From contig NC_092674.1 in the NCBI RefSeq assembly GCF_964355755.1, positions 30,132,001-30,196,000 on the forward strand: a DNA stretch of 64,000 nt, given 5' to 3'. Under the pieces are notes generated by a model. That model was not told the origin of the DNA. It saw only the letters and a list, made by a program, of their open reading frames with translations, and searched no databases. Shown piece by piece: positions 38,833-53,900 of this stretch (position 1 is the first letter of the stretch; each line of letters opens with the position of its first letter). Source of the DNA: Antedon mediterranea. Lineage: Eukaryota > Animalia > Echinodermata. A program made the position numbers and the translations under genes.

Positions 38833-40114
38833 ATTCAATCCAAAGAGTATAGCAAAATAAAACACTTCCTCATGATGGTATAGTTTGTACCTTGTACACA
38901 TTTCCAAGAAAAGGTCATTGATGTCACCTTGTTGTTTAGTGTTTGATAAAAATAATACAAAATGCTATTTAAGATAAACAACTATATAGCTATAATATAC
39001 TTTATTAATAGCAAATATCATGAATGTGTACCTAACCTTTTCCACTTCCATTAAGTATCAAGTACTGTATTTCTATTTAATCAATAAAAACCTTTATTTT
39101 CCTATACAGTATTGAAGTAACCAAGCTTTGTACTGTACTTTATAGGAAATATTAGTTGTAACCATTAATATTTTGAGTAATTCTGTTAAATCTGAGATTC
39201 TATTTTTATAAGACTTGATCCAATACAAATTCTAAAACACTTTTAAATCATAATACAGTACACCATAAATAAAAGGTACAGTAGTTATAAGGCAATTATT
39301 AATCATTTATTATGCACAGACATCCTGTAATATTTCAGAGTGATTTTTCATTTTGAATTTGTCATACAGTAATTCAAAATAAATTTCTTTTGTCACAGAA
39401 AGAAAATACTTCATTTTCCCCTTAATAACTGTTGTTCCCTTCAGACCTTAAATGTTGTTTGACAATTACTGTCATTTCCTATAGGTTGTAAATGTTAACA
39501 TTTTGTAGAGAAACGAGAATGAAAATCGGTTTTTTAAAAAAGAGAAAAGAAATACTTATTGTAGACATAGTTTTGAACATCCTCAAACATGAATACCACA
39601 CAAGATCTATAAATTACAAGATCGATATATTTTAATGGATGATATCTACAGTACTCAACAATCAATTTTAGTGATTTATACAGTACGCTAAACAATCAAT
39701 TATTTGTGAGTTAGAGCCGCTAAGAATAAGGTGTAAAAAGTGAGACCAACTGAATACATCTTCCTCTGAAAGTCAATGTTTCTAAACTAAACTGTGGTAC
39801 AATATACAGTAATAATTACTCAAGGAATATACAATACTGTAGGTTATACAGAATAATACACTGTGTGTATAGTGTTTTGATTGAGAGTGTCTAGTCTACC
39901 AGCAAATAAACTGTACTGTATACTATTACTAAATTGTATACTACTGAACCACTTTGGAAATCAATGCTTTAACAATAACATTTTCATTCAGAAAGACTAC
40001 TGTATATAAAAATAAATAAATAGTTGTACTGTATGTTTGGCTAACATTGTCATGTACTGTACACAGTAGACAACCTGATTTTAACTTTGTAACCTGATGA
40101 TGATGACAAAGCAA

Positions 40115-40199
40115 TAGTGATATGACATCATCAGGTCCATAAATGTATATGAGCACATCAAATTTTGTTGTCACAAACTTTGATAGTTTAGACAGAGCT
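40115..40199. mobile_element. MITE family A, right half
   Basis: TAGTGATATGACATCATC...GCACATCA...TTTGATAGTTTAGACAGAGCT. Confidence 0.65.
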
Positions 40200-40338
40200 T
40201 AAGACTACTAAATATTGTATAAGCCTACATAAACCTTGTTTGGTAATCATACAGTGGTGTACTGTAGTTTTATTAAATCGCCAGTACTGTACTCTAGTAG
40301 TATCTATATTAATTGTTCCATGTTTTTTGCGCCAACAG

Positions 40339-40393
40339 ATTTGGGCTTAGCAATAAATTTGATGAAGAGTTTCCACAGCAACTATTTGCAAAG
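40339..40393 (+). CDS. CHIC2: CHIC coding exon 2 (ends at a GC donor)
   Basis: caacag| FGLSNKFDEEFPQQLFAK |GCAAGT; 55 nt; FGLSNKF is conserved in CHIC proteins. Only the GC donor keeps the frame with exon 3. Confidence 0.9.
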
Positions 40394-41071
40394 GCAAGTA
40401 TACTATTTTCATCCCGTAGATAATTGTAATTTTGCGAAATTTGTGATCTGATGTTAAAAATATACGTACTTATCCATGTTCAGCCAGCTTTATAATGCAC
40501 AAGATCTACTTAAATTCTGAAGCACGTACATGTACTTACCTGTAAAGAATTGTGAAACAGATAATGCGTAGTAAAGATGCAAAAATGCTGTTTTTTACAA
40601 CAATAAAAACAATGATAATACCATTGCATGCCTTTGAGCCTACTTTATACATGAAATATTCAGGTGTACGTGATTGCTATAAGATTTGATCTACTTAAAA
40701 AAAATAATGCTTTGTTTAATGATAGTAATAAAGACAATACAATGAGTACAGATTACTACTGTACTACTACAGTACTACTCAGTAAAGTGTACAAGTGTCC
40801 AGTTAATGGAAAATATAAATTTAACTTACTGTAGGTATAATTATACATTTTATACAAGTTTTAATTTTGACATAATAGCTGAATGATGTATAAAAATACA
40901 ACACAGTGTCAGTAGTCATCTTTTCGAGACGAGTAGATGGTTACCCTGGTGTACTACAGTACATCACAGCTGCTGATCATAGCTGGCCCCTCTGGGAGAC
41001 CATTCTTTGACTGAAGAGGTAGCCTAGTATAATTTAATAATTCTAATAAACAAGAAAATTTTACTTTTTAG

Positions 41072-41248
<177 letters not shown>

Positions 41249-41575
41249 TAATTTTGCTTGTAAAAAAGAGAGTTAAATTTTCCTTCTTTGGATTAATTTG
41301 ATGTAAAAAAAATGGCATGCGAAAATAATTTCCAATGCTTCTTCAGCCTTTGTATTAATGTATTGACTGTATACAGAACAGGTTAAATGATGATGTTTTA
41401 ATTTTATTAAAGAGAGCCCCTGAATATCAGTTAACCCACTGGGCTAAACTGGAAGGGTTATGTACAGTACTGTATAATCTTTACTTTAAAGATGGTTGAA
41501 GTAAAAAAGAAATAAATAAAAATACAGTACAAGTTTAATCTAGACAAAGTTTAAATCATTTATTCGTCTTTCTAA

Positions 41576-41714
41576 AGCTCTGTCTACACTGTCAAACTAC
41601 TGTATGACAAAAAAGTGTGATGTGCCCAAATATGGTAGTGATATGACATCATTGTGTCCATATATGGGCACATCAAATTTTGTCGTCACATCGTTTGATA
41701 ATGTAGACAGAGCT
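41576..41714. mobile_element. MITE family A copy
   Basis: AGCTCTGTCTACACTGTCAAAC...GTTTGATAATGTAGACAGAGCT. Confidence 0.85.
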
Positions 41715-41971
41715 TAGAAAGATCATTATAAAGATCAAGAACATTGTAAATAGTAATTCACTGTACTTTGACCTTTCATAACCTAGCATCCAGAAGAGTA
41801 AAATAAACTTTTGTTTAATTGAAACGGATCAATCAAATTAATAATCTTTTACACAAAAATGTACTTCATTCATTATTCTGACTCTAAACTATATTTATGC
41901 AATTGATTTTATGATAAAATTCTCTTAATATCGAATTGATGAAGAGTTTTCGTCTGGGAAATTAATAATGA

Positions 41972-42154
<183 letters not shown>

Positions 42155-43998
42155 TGAAAACATTTTCCACTTGTTTTGATTAGTATTGAGATAGTTCATT
42201 AATTAGAACCCAGTATTAATTTAATTTACGTTTTATTGTTTGTTTTCAAAAGACTTGAGTGGGCGTAGAATAAAATTTAAATATTTAAGACCATTAATCA
42301 TTACTGCATAAACATAATAATAATATATAATATAAACAGTATTTTAATTATAATTGTGGGCTACATTGTAGTTTGTTTCATTTGCATGTGCTACAAATTT
42401 ATTAAATTTAAAACCCATTTTACAGGTTTGTCATTTACTGTGCTGTAAACTACATTCATTTTTTAAAATGTTTCTTTTGCTATAATATTAATAATAATAA
42501 TAATTGTCTTTTGTATAGCGCTTAACCAAAATAAATTTTCTCAAAAGAAATTATGTCACAATACAGTTTAATACTTGATAAAATGGAATTTTAGATGCTG
42601 TTTGGAAAAAAATTTGATAGTAAAGTTGATGAATTATATTTAGCATAGCTCTGTGCTGTTATCTTGTGTACTTTTCTCAGGGGGTTTGTGATTATCATCG
42701 ATTATTGACGCACATTACGTCTAGTCACCACAGCTGAGTCTTATTGCATAATACCTTCCAGCAGCTCACACAAGATATTGTCTGCATTGAAATCTGTTAA
42801 GAAATGTAAATTTTACTATCTAGAATATATATTAAAAAGGGGTAGGCCTACTGTACAGTATATTAGAATGTGCTTTGATTGTAATCTGGTCTTGGGATGA
42901 TGATCTGAATGTATAAAAAAAGGTGCATTAAAATTGACCATTTAAACAAAAATACAAAAGTAGTCATACTCATTGTACTGTATTGGATGTAAATTTTTAA
43001 TGTTTTTCCTCATGATACTGTAATTTATCCTTGGCAATTTTTACAAAATTGTAATTGTGTGTCAAAATTAGTTTCCTGAAATATTTGATAATTTAAAACC
43101 ATAAAACACTTCAGTTTCGTCTCTATATGAGTCTTTCTAAATGTAGATAATGATTTCCAATTCCCTTGAAAATCTAATTCTAAATTGCCAGATGTATAAT
43201 TTATAGATCTTCTATTTTTTAAATTTATGTAATATTAGTATTTTAAGTACTATAAGCATTTTAGTATTAATTAGACTGATGAAGGTTAACAAGTAATGTT
43301 AGTGGTTGGTACCTTAATAATTTTTTTTTAGTAAAGTAGCTGAGCAATGAATTGAAACAAATCAATTCATACTACTGTATGTGTGGGCTTTTTCTTTATG
43401 TATGTTAGTTGCCTCTATGCTTATTATTACAGTATAATTGAAAATAATTCATCATAAATATGAGAATATCTCAACATAATATTATGGAGATTACTAACTC
43501 TTGAAGCAAAATTGGTTAAGATCTTGAAATCTCATCCGTTTTTTTTTTCAATTTCCGGATAATGTTCCTAGAATATCTGTAAGTGATTTTTAAGTTCTGA
43601 CCTTAAAAACGGTTTTCTTTGAAGTTTTAATTTGATTTCTGAGGTAACTACTACTACTGTACATAGCGTGATCAACATTATTCAGTTGTTAAAGGATACT
43701 AAGTTGTGAACTTGTACTTGTGGCATTCAATATCTATATCCTGACACATATACAGTACTATTTATAGTTTGCGGATGCATGATGATGATTTTATTCATTT
43801 TCCTATGTTATCATGGACACACAATGTAAAATACTATAATTAATTATAATTATTTGTGATAATTTCTTTTGTACTTGGTTTATTATAATTGATTACATTT
43901 ATTTGTTTTAGAATTTATATCCATAGACTAACAAATTATAATATTATGAAAAAAATACACCAAACATACACACATACACTTACTGTGAACCAACCTTA

Positions 43999-44141
43999 AG
44001 CTCTGTCTACACTATCAAACTTGATGTGACAAACAAAATGTGATGTGCCCATATATGGACTACCATATTTAAACATATCACTACCATATTTGGGCACATC
44101 ACACTTTTTTGTCAAACTAGATTGATAGTGTAGACAGAGCT
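43999..44141. mobile_element. MITE family A copy
   Basis: Perfect 20-bp TIR AGCTCTGTCTACACTATCAA/TTGATAGTGTAGACAGAGCT. Confidence 0.9.
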
Positions 44142-44226
44142 TAACAGTACAGTAGTTTATTCCAAGTTAAACACAGTAGATAGAACATTTTTTAACTTTT
44201 TTTATTTTTAACTTTTTTTTTTGCAG

Positions 44227-44277
44227 GTTTTAAAAATAGAATACATCCCTAAAGAAAGCATACTAAAACCAGACTGA
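44227..44277 (+). CDS. CHIC2: CHIC coding exon 5 (C-terminus)
   Basis: tttgcag| VLKIEYIPKESILKPD TGA; resembles the CHIC2 VILIEFLPKTPIFRPD end. Total CDS 504 nt = 167 aa. Confidence 0.94.
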   Translation, partial: VLKIEYIPKESILKPD

Positions 44278-45030
44278 AGAGGGCAGTATACATGCAAGGG
44301 GGTTGGGTGATCAACTACCAAACAAGCCACACTGCTAGCTGGTCTAACATGGCGTACAAATCATGCCTAGATCCTGCTGCTGGTATCGTTTTCATCTGTC
44401 AAAGATAGGTCTATCATATTCCTTTCTTAATACTCAAATTTTAATATGTTTCTTTTATAAAGAAATTATACAAAGAAACTTAACAATTGGATCAGACATC
44501 GTTTGTTTTTGTCTTGGAAAAATACTACGTGAATTAATTGTCGATTGGACGTTTATGAAATATTCTATAATTCTATTCGATGTCAGATAAAGATGAAATT
44601 GTTTTTAAACCGATTCAGACTGAATGAAGAGTTTTTATACATTGATATGTTGCTTGCCATCTGATCTTGTCAAGATCAGAATAAAAAATGGCGCATTGAG
44701 ATTTGCCATTTAACAAAGATACAAAAAATACAGTAGCCAAAGGCTTTTGATACTGTATCACTTCTTCCCGACATATAGTAGGATGTCGGAAGAGGTTTAA
44801 ATGCAGATTGATTGATACCAAGAAACACGCTTTTATTGCGGGTAAAATTACAAGCAGTTCTTCCAGTTGAGTGTGTTATTCTTAAACCAATACAGTACAG
44901 CAATCGTTGCTGTACATATTGGAGTTATCCAAATTGGTGTTGTGAAATATTTTTAATAACGGAAACAACTATGTGTAGTTGATAAGAGGCATGTGGAAGT
45001 TTTTTCCGAACGGAACCTACTAGGGGACCA

Positions 45031-45125
45031 TGGGGATGTTGACACCGAAAGGGACAGTGGAGATGTTGACAGCGAAAGGGACATTCTAAGGGGCAGTGGA
45101 GATGTTGACACCGAAACGGACATCC
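45031..45125. repeat. Short imperfect repeat x3 downstream of the CHIC stop codon (probable 3' UTR)
   Basis: TGG.GATGTTGACA.CGAAA.GGACA occurs three times. Confidence 0.75.
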
Positions 45126-48100
45126 TAAAAACTCTGGATGGTCTTAACATTCAGATAATTTAATATTCAATAAAAAGTTGACAGTAATTTTGTCTTATGA
45201 GGCTCATTTGATGACTGATATAGCATATGTAAAATGCCAATATCACATTGATACTTGATTTGAGATTACATATCTCAATTCTTGGAGTGATTCCAGTAAC
45301 ATAATCTCCTCACAATACTTGCCAAAGATATATATTGAAATGATGAGACAAATTTGTTCAAGACTTTGTATATATTAAGAGATATCGTATGTAAATTTAT
45401 TAGCCAGGCCACTTTGTGTGGTTTGTATTCGAGATTTACTGAAAAGAATCGCTGGTGGGTGGAAAGGGATAGGGGACTTAAACCTTGTTCACAGGCTGTA
45501 GAGCATGTACTGAGTAGACAGGGGGTGTGGGGGAGGGGGGAAGAGACTTTGAATTTGATTAGCAATATTGTAATAAATAATCGATCTAAAATCTGAGTAA
45601 AAACATATATTTTTACTGCAATTTGTGCTACACCATTTTATGAATGTATGGTAGCATTACAGTATGTAGCATTCTGTACGCAACACTAGCGAAAATGTGT
45701 TTGTTGCTGAAAGAATAATATAAAGTACAGCAATAAGTCAGTTTGTGTTTATTGGGGCATGTTGTACTGTACATGCATTGAACCAGGTGTGCAAAGTTTC
45801 GGCTGGTGTTTAACAGTTATCATCAATTTTGATACAATACTGTAGCTCTTGACATTACACAAAGCCCCTAGTAATAATGTCTAGTTTAAGCTGAAACTCA
45901 TGTGAAACACATGCACCACAAAGGATGTGAAAAAAAAAATTACAGTTCAGTACATTGTGTGCTTGCTTTTTCAAGTTATATTACATATAAATTTTAATCT
46001 TTAAAATGTTATATTTCAAAATATACACCTTTAAATATCTGGTATTACTGCTGCAAGCAATATACAATATTACAGTATACAGATACGGAAATGAACTTTT
46101 GATTTGTGATGACCTACCTACACATATTGTGTTGGTAGTTGTAAAGTTAGTTACCTCTGTAAGTTCCTATACACTTACTCTCTTAGTCGTCATAACAATG
46201 TAGTAATAACTCGAGACGGGTTAACTCTATTTAACACAAACAACGGTGCATTTATTATCGATACTTCGTGCTCGCAGCACAACAAAACCGCACACACTCT
46301 TTATGTGCTCAACAACTTTTGACCTCTCGGTCGCCGTGTCTATAGACATTACAGTAGTCGTAGCCTGAATCTGCCAAAACCCCTTTGAGGAATCTGGTCA
46401 AGAAAAACGTTCCTCTATGCATACATTCCACATACTGTATGTACCCATACAACATGGCGTTAAACTCCTTAAAAGTTCTTGTACAGTAAGTACTGTAAGC
46501 ATAGTATAGTACTGTAGGTCATCACAAATCAGACATTCCTTACTACAGTTCTGTATGCACCAACAAAAATAAAGAAAACCTTTATTTCAGATTTATTGTG
46601 TTTTATAATTTGTATTTTAGTTTTGCATTTGAGTATTAGAGTTGCAGAGTTTGAATTTTAGTGTTTTAAAAAAAATGATTTTAATGTTTTTTTTGTATAA
46701 ATTACAGTAGTAATAAATTATCAAAGAAATTAATTATTTAAAAAAATGTTGCTTTAAATTTATTTCATTAAATGGGCATATTTTCTAAATGTAGGATCAT
46801 TATTATTTAAAATGTTTATAATAAATAACATTATATATCTCCTTGCAATAATAAACATTCTTGGCATGCACACTTTGTGCAGATTCAGTGCTAAATTGAT
46901 AGAATTTAATTATATACAAATTCTATGACGTTATTACAATTAAAAATTGTATTCAGTTTAAAATAATATAATAAGTCATATCACACAGTATTGCATGTAT
47001 CGTTTTCACCGTTGTGAAGTAGCCTATCGGCGTATATGACTGGTCACTCGCAAACACGTCAGTGATCTTCTCCCGTTGTTCGCTTATAAACAGCGAGAAG
47101 TTTGAGGAGCTAGATCTGCTGATTATGTGCAGGCCAGTCAAATATGCCTTATGCCTCCATGTCTCTGACTTCTTGATTTTTGATACTGGTTACCTTTCTA
47201 CAACTGTGGTAGAATCAGATCACCTTTGGGCTGGCCCAAAGTACCTGATTGTTGTGAAAGTCTTGTATTTAGAATGCATTTTTCATATACATGAATTGAA
47301 ATACTGTAGGTGATACAGTAGTTGATTAAGTTTTTAGAATGTACAAATACAGTGTTTCTGAACACTGATGATTAAGCTGAATTAACATACAGTAACCAAG
47401 AATAAATTACAAGTACAAAATCTTGATGTGAATTCCTCTTGAATGTCATTTCTTTTTTTGGTATTTAACTATATTTTTGCAAACTTCAAATTTCTAGAAT
47501 CAATCATAAAACCTGTAAATTTGTATTTGAAAAATTGTGATATGACCATGTAGCAGTTTGAGTACTTCATAAGCCCCTCCCCTTTTCCTACACCTTCCCC
47601 ACCCTCTTTTCCTCACTCTCTTTCCCACACCTTTTTTCTCCCCCTTTTCTAATACCTTCCCTGCCCTCGTGATGAAGTTAAGGAAAACTTTAATAGTTCA
47701 AGACCAGAATTAGTTACAATTACACACAAAAACTTGCTTTGGATAGTTTAATGTTGTCTACTGCCCTCTTTAAGCTATAAAAACAAGCATAGTAACGTGT
47801 CTTTATGTTTAGTGAGCCCTCTAGATGTAATGTTACAATGATGCACTGTAAAATATCTAGTTTTAACCATTCAGATTTCCAACCATATAAAATGACCCAC
47901 TGTAGATTTTGTTTAGAGAACTTTTGCCAACATACAGTACTCTCTAATTATCGTTTAAATTTCTAAGTTTAATTTATATAAATCGGCTGGAAAGATTGTT
48001 CCAAACCTTGAAATTGTTTTGTTGTTGAACAGCATCTGTTGGCTGTGACAACTCCATGTCAAAAAGAATTTTCATTGCAATAAATTATGAAGACACTAAA

Positions 48101-49044
48101 TAAGTATTGTGCATAATGTATCTCATGCAACTAGACAAATCTTTGGAATAAATTAAGAATTGTATGAAGAACATGTTGGAAGATAACTACAAACAGTTAA
48201 TGTACAATTAGGAGAGAGAGATTTTGTACTCTTTTAATAAAAACACAAAAAGTGTTAACCACAAAAAAGCATCTGGTCTCTGTAAGAAAAATTAAACAAT
48301 TAAGCAAGGAGTTAGAATATTTACTTGTGTGTATTTCCCTCCATTATGGGAACACAGCTGTGATTAGGACCAGAGTAATGAAATAAAAAACACTACACAT
48401 GTGATAATTTCAAAAATCTGCCTGTTGGGTACCGTCAATTTGGAAGCGATGACATCGTGGAGCCCTTAGAACAGCTGCCACCGCAACCACTAGTGTAAAC
48501 CATGTTAACAAATCAACTTTCTCTACAACAACCAGTAAACAAACAAAATAATTTGTATTCCATGTGTTGTTATAGGCCATATTGTATGTTTTGGCATACA
48601 AAATAAACTTGCATATCTATATGTAGTTCTTTGATCGAAACCAGAGGAAAATTTTTTCACTGACTTATAATTTATGTTCCATGAGTTGCAGAATCTGAAC
48701 ATAGTTCATTCCTTATGTTTCCAGTTTGTCTGTCTGTCCCAAATGTGGAAATTGTCTGTTTACAATTTTTGTACAGTATACTGTATGTGTGCTATTTTAT
48801 GTATTTACTATGATTTAATTAGTTTTACACAGTACAGGGAAGAGTGACATTTCAATCTTTCCTAATATTATATATTATATTTCGTACGCTACATGGTGGA
48901 TATAACTTATTATTTTCTGTCAGTGATTTTATTTTATCCAATTTATGATTGAAGTGGACTGCATAATCTGCTATGGCAACTTATTCTCGTAATAATTCTC
49001 AACTAATTCTTATAATTGATTGTGCTTATAAACTCAGTCTCAAT

Positions 49045-49113
49045 TCACATTTGGTTAGGATTGAACTTAAGACCTTGGGGTTGGAAGGCAGGCACATTCA
49101 ACCACCAAAGCTA
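49045..49113 (-). mobile_element. tRNA-derived SINE head; related copies at about 13065-13103 and 19125-19184
   Basis: Minus strand has an A-box-like TGGTGGTTGAA and a B-box-like GTTCAATCC; three dispersed degenerate copies. Confidence 0.55.
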
Positions 49114-50807
49114 AAGCTCTTAAATTTAATTGTACAGTATAGTTTATTTATTTCTTTATACCTGTACTAAGATTTGTAAGCCATATCGTGAATGGTGTGT
49201 TTAACTACCGGATCCAATAAACTTATACAAGCAACAATAAAACTATAAATTAATATTATATAACTGATGTCACAGGGTCTGTACCTACTGTAGTTTCTTC
49301 ATATTGATTCATAAATTTATAAGTTTATCAGTCAATCTTTCACCGGATGTAATAAATCAAATTTATTGTTGACATGAATACAGTAATTAAAATTAATTAC
49401 CAAGAGATACAGAAGCTAATTCCAAGTTTCTGTCACTTAAATTTATCCATAAACGTTAAATTGTTTGCTAACGATTTTAAAGTAGTATCGAAAATTACCA
49501 TCTCACTTTTATTAGTAGTCCTTGTGGATTTGATTTTTTTATTTTTAGCGCTAACAATAGACTACATTCTTTGTTTTGAAACGTATTTGAGTACAAACAT
49601 TGCGTGTGATTTTACATTAATGTTTAAAAATTTATTGTTCCCCTGAAAAAAATAATTCTTAAACATTTTTTTTTAATATGCCATTATAATGTAACATAAT
49701 TACTAATAACTAATAGTTATCCACTTTGCCCAAAAATTTGATCGAAAAAAAATGTTTTTGCCTGAAAAAACTGTAATTTAAACCAAAAAAATGTCAAATT
49801 GGCTGCCATTTTTGGTTGAATTTAACCATTTATTTTATCATTTTATAAGTGAAAACATTATTTTTTTAACTTTATTAAATCTACAAAATAACATATTAAA
49901 AGTTTGATTAAATTATTTAATCTTCATTTTTCATGTTTTTGAAGGACAAAACATCTTTAATGTTTGATGCATGAATATGACCATTATAAAAGGAAAAATA
50001 TATATTAATGTAAATATCTGCATTAATTTGACTGGTAAATACGGCCACAGGTCACCAAAATGTTGTAGAACGATTAGACTGATATGGACATTAGTTTGAT
50101 GTGAACCACATCAAGTGATGACCATTGCACTTTGCAGTGTGATTTGCGCCACTGGACTAAAAGAGAGAGATCAAGATTAAATCAATCCACAACTTTTTAA
50201 TTTACTGCTTATATCTTGAATCACTAATTTTTCAGTGTAGTAATATTCACACCTGGCAATAAAATTACCATACTAAATCTAATCTCATTTTGGTCAATGA
50301 AAACTTTGAAAACATGACTCCCATGGGTCCCCAATTTGCTGCTTGGAATTCACTATGTAATTTTGTTGAGTTCAAATCAATTGAGTTCAGAGATAGTTTT
50401 ATTATAAGCCACACAATGTACTGCTTGTCTTGTAATAATATGATTATGAAATGAAAAAAGATGTTGTATCATTTCAGATATTCAATTATGTAATTTTTAA
50501 AAGAAATTAATAACTTTCTAGTAAAATTGTACTAAGCACTTGTGTTTTTTACTTAGCATTGGTTTATGTAAATCACTGTTCTGTACTGCTGATGATGGCA
50601 TTTTTTAATGACTGGATAAAAACCCCAACAAAAGTTATAAAATATTTACATAGAACTGCTTGTAATAGACATAACAGTGATATTTTTTAGGGTGGCATCC
50701 ATTCACTCACTTCACTAACAACTTTTCTAATAACAAACTTTTCTTCCCTTACTCAAACCTTACTCAAATAATACTTAGATTCTTACCTACTCAGTTATTA
50801 TATCTTA

Positions 50808-50922
50808 ACACTATCAAACTTTATGTGACAACAAAGTGATGTGCCCGTATATGGGCATGATGATGTAATATCAATACCATTATTTGGACATATCACTGTT
50901 AAACTAGTTTGATAGTGTAGAC
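50808..50922. mobile_element. MITE family A copy, tips eroded
   Basis: ACACTATCAAACTTTATGTGAC...AACTAGTTTGATAGTGTAGAC. Confidence 0.75.
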
Positions 50923-53900
50923 TTATGATTGCACAAAATGACTGGCTGGGTTCATGTTCTATTGAACATTGCATCTCTAGTTTATTTCTTTACCTATCCA
51001 CAGTCATTCAACCTACAGTATTTTATTTCTTTCCTATTCCATCAATCATTACATCAGCATATGCTATCATCCTCCGTCATCTCATCACTCAGTTTGTCAC
51101 TGAAATAAACAATGTTGCTCTGTTACCTTTAGTTTAATATTGACTGTATAGCAGTTTGCGGGCTAAAACATTCCTCCATAAAATACTGTACATTTTTTAA
51201 TATCGGAAACAAAAATAATAATTGACAGGCCTGATTCCATGAAACTGATAAATGGATTTTTAATACAATCGCTCACTGAAAGATACATCATCATTGTTGT
51301 AAAGGTATAGAGCTATACCAACACCACTAATGAGTGACCCATTAAAATGCCAAAGGCTTATGGTTACTGTACAAATCATCATTATATTAAAGGAATTTTA
51401 TAATTAGAAAATTAACTTTTGCCTCAATGCTAATAAGTGATAAAAGATGGATCTAGATTATGTTATGAAAAAAAGAATGTATGTATTTTGTAAATGGTTA
51501 TGGCAGACTGGTTATGACAAATCACCAATATAAAAAATCTTTTTTTGTGACCTACCATGGGCCAAACCAAAAATATCATGTTGTTTGTAATGTATTGCAC
51601 CTTAATTTTCCTGTCTTCATGTTGTTTGTAATGTACTGTACTGCACTATTGGGTGATTCGTAAATGAGCTTTACTCTCATGGTCATCCATACCAGCATTT
51701 GTCGTCTATCTTTTATGAATTTGAAATGGTAAAATAAATTAATAGTGATACTATGTTATAGAATTCAAGATGCCAATACTATAAAAGCTGGTTTTTCAAC
51801 AGAAATGGAGTATTTCAAATGCCTATTTCTTATCAATTTATTTGTTTAAAGTATCCATATGCCTTTTTATGAAGGTTTGGCATTTTTTTATAGCTATTTT
51901 ATCTTTTTTAAAGTGTTTTTTTAATGAGGGTTGGCCATTGAATTATGCACAACACAGGTATTTTGTAAATGTCCCTTTATGGTTCCTTTTTAATCATCAT
52001 TATTTCTGTTTTATATGGGTTCAATAGATGATCCCTTTAACTAGATAATTACAAACACACGGGAGAACCATACCCGTAGACCAACATCCTTGGAATTTCT
52101 AAGAATAAAAAAAAAGTTGAATGTAACGCTTCCTTCCGTTCACGTCATCGGAGGCTTTTAATAATCTGTAAGTTGCCCTCGAGCCAGCAACCATCAAGAC
52201 AAGTGATACAGAAAACCAAATTGAATTATGATGCTGAAATTACTATCGGAAACTTGCGTTTATTTTTTCTTTACTGGTCGAAGCTTGAGCCAAGCCGGTT
52301 TGTTTACATGTTAGATGGATTTATTAAGAACTGGTACGATATCTAATGTGTTGCTACGCAGGCTAGCTATGACACCAGCTGTGTCCATCGTTGTATGAGG
52401 ACTTGCTCGTCGCTATCAAGTCATTTATCACATATGATACCATCAACAAGCAAATCTCAAACTCCGTTGGGAAAATTTTTAATTTAACTCCGGAAAGGTT
52501 TTAATGATTATTCCAATTTCAAGAGATTACACTTGCTCAGTTGTCTAATATAACTAGAAATTAATAAGAAAGAACTTAAAAATTTATAAACAATAGAATA
52601 CTTATTGTTTTTTTACTAAAAAATTACTAAAAATGACATTTCTCTTATGAGGTCATTGACATTAGGTTAAGTGTAAGTTTGAAAGTTCTTCGTGTTCTAA
52701 CAGCAATCGTCAAACTGATCAGACTGTCTGGTGTGGAAAGGTCAAAGTTTAATGTAGTTTGTAAGTAGTTGCTCCTCATCTGCCTGACTACAGCTTTTAA
52801 AATAATGAAAAATAAATTGTAGTTAACTTTTTACTTGTAATTAACAATGTGTAACAAATTCTTTTTACCATTGGTTTGACTTTTTCTAGTTTCTACAATA
52901 CGATAGAAAAAAGAGTATGGAACACAAACAGAATATTATTCAAATGTGAATAGTTTGACTACATCTGAGTTTTTGAATTAAGCTGCTGTTAAGTTTTGGC
53001 ATCCAAATAACATAAGTACATCCGGAAAAGGGTTTTAGGTTTGGTATTTGTGCCAGTTGCTGTAATTCAATTATTACCAAGCCAACTCTAAAGGTAGTGA
53101 AATGTAAATCATAAGTATCTGTTCTTAATATGGATACTGGCCACATTTTGTGATGTCCTACCATCCCTTTCATCTTCTTCTTAAGCAACATGTTAGAGGC
53201 GTTTTCATATGAAATACAAATAGAACAAACAATTCAGATGGTGTATTTCATCATCAAAAGTCATTTTTGATATTTGCTATTATGGAAAAAAAAACAACTC
53301 CACAACATGATATAGACATTCTTTTTATACTTAATATTTTACACAAATGCATAAATTTCTAGATACATACACTGTACTGTATATTTTATTATTCCCAAAC
53401 CTCAAATACACTAACTAGATGATGCCCATCCATTGGACTGGTTCTGACTAGTGATATATATATTTGTATAAAATACTAAGGTTAAAAAGAATGTCATAAA
53501 AGCTCTGTTACTATTAAATTCAAACCCTGATTGAATTAGCGATTAACATTCCTCTTCGCAGCTTCCAGCCGACATCAATTGACGATTATAATTGTTTTAT
53601 TTTCTGAGTTTCTATGCATATATTTGTATGTGGAAGTTGTTGCTAGGTTACAAGAAGCCGCTGTCACGGAGGGCGACACCTCCTGTGTGGTTTTAACATG
53701 ACTTTCAACGGATACATCAATGCTATCTCTTGTGTTTTTCTGTTGAAATACATGTGTTTTGACAGGGACCTGCGAACCTGAGTGATATGATATGTAAACG
53801 TGTCCGGCCTGATAGATATGAAGATGATGTGTATAGGTCTTGAAAGATGGCGTGCTGATGCTGTTCTCTGGAAACGACAGGAAACCAAAGTGACAGCTGT

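Noticed and set aside
37058-38860. 600-aa (+) and 644-aa (-) ORFs as real zinc-finger or His-rich proteins, or the array as a CRISPR
   Set aside because: Pure 51-bp tandem repeat (a multiple of 3) in an intron; no unique spacers, no cas genes, eukaryotic context.
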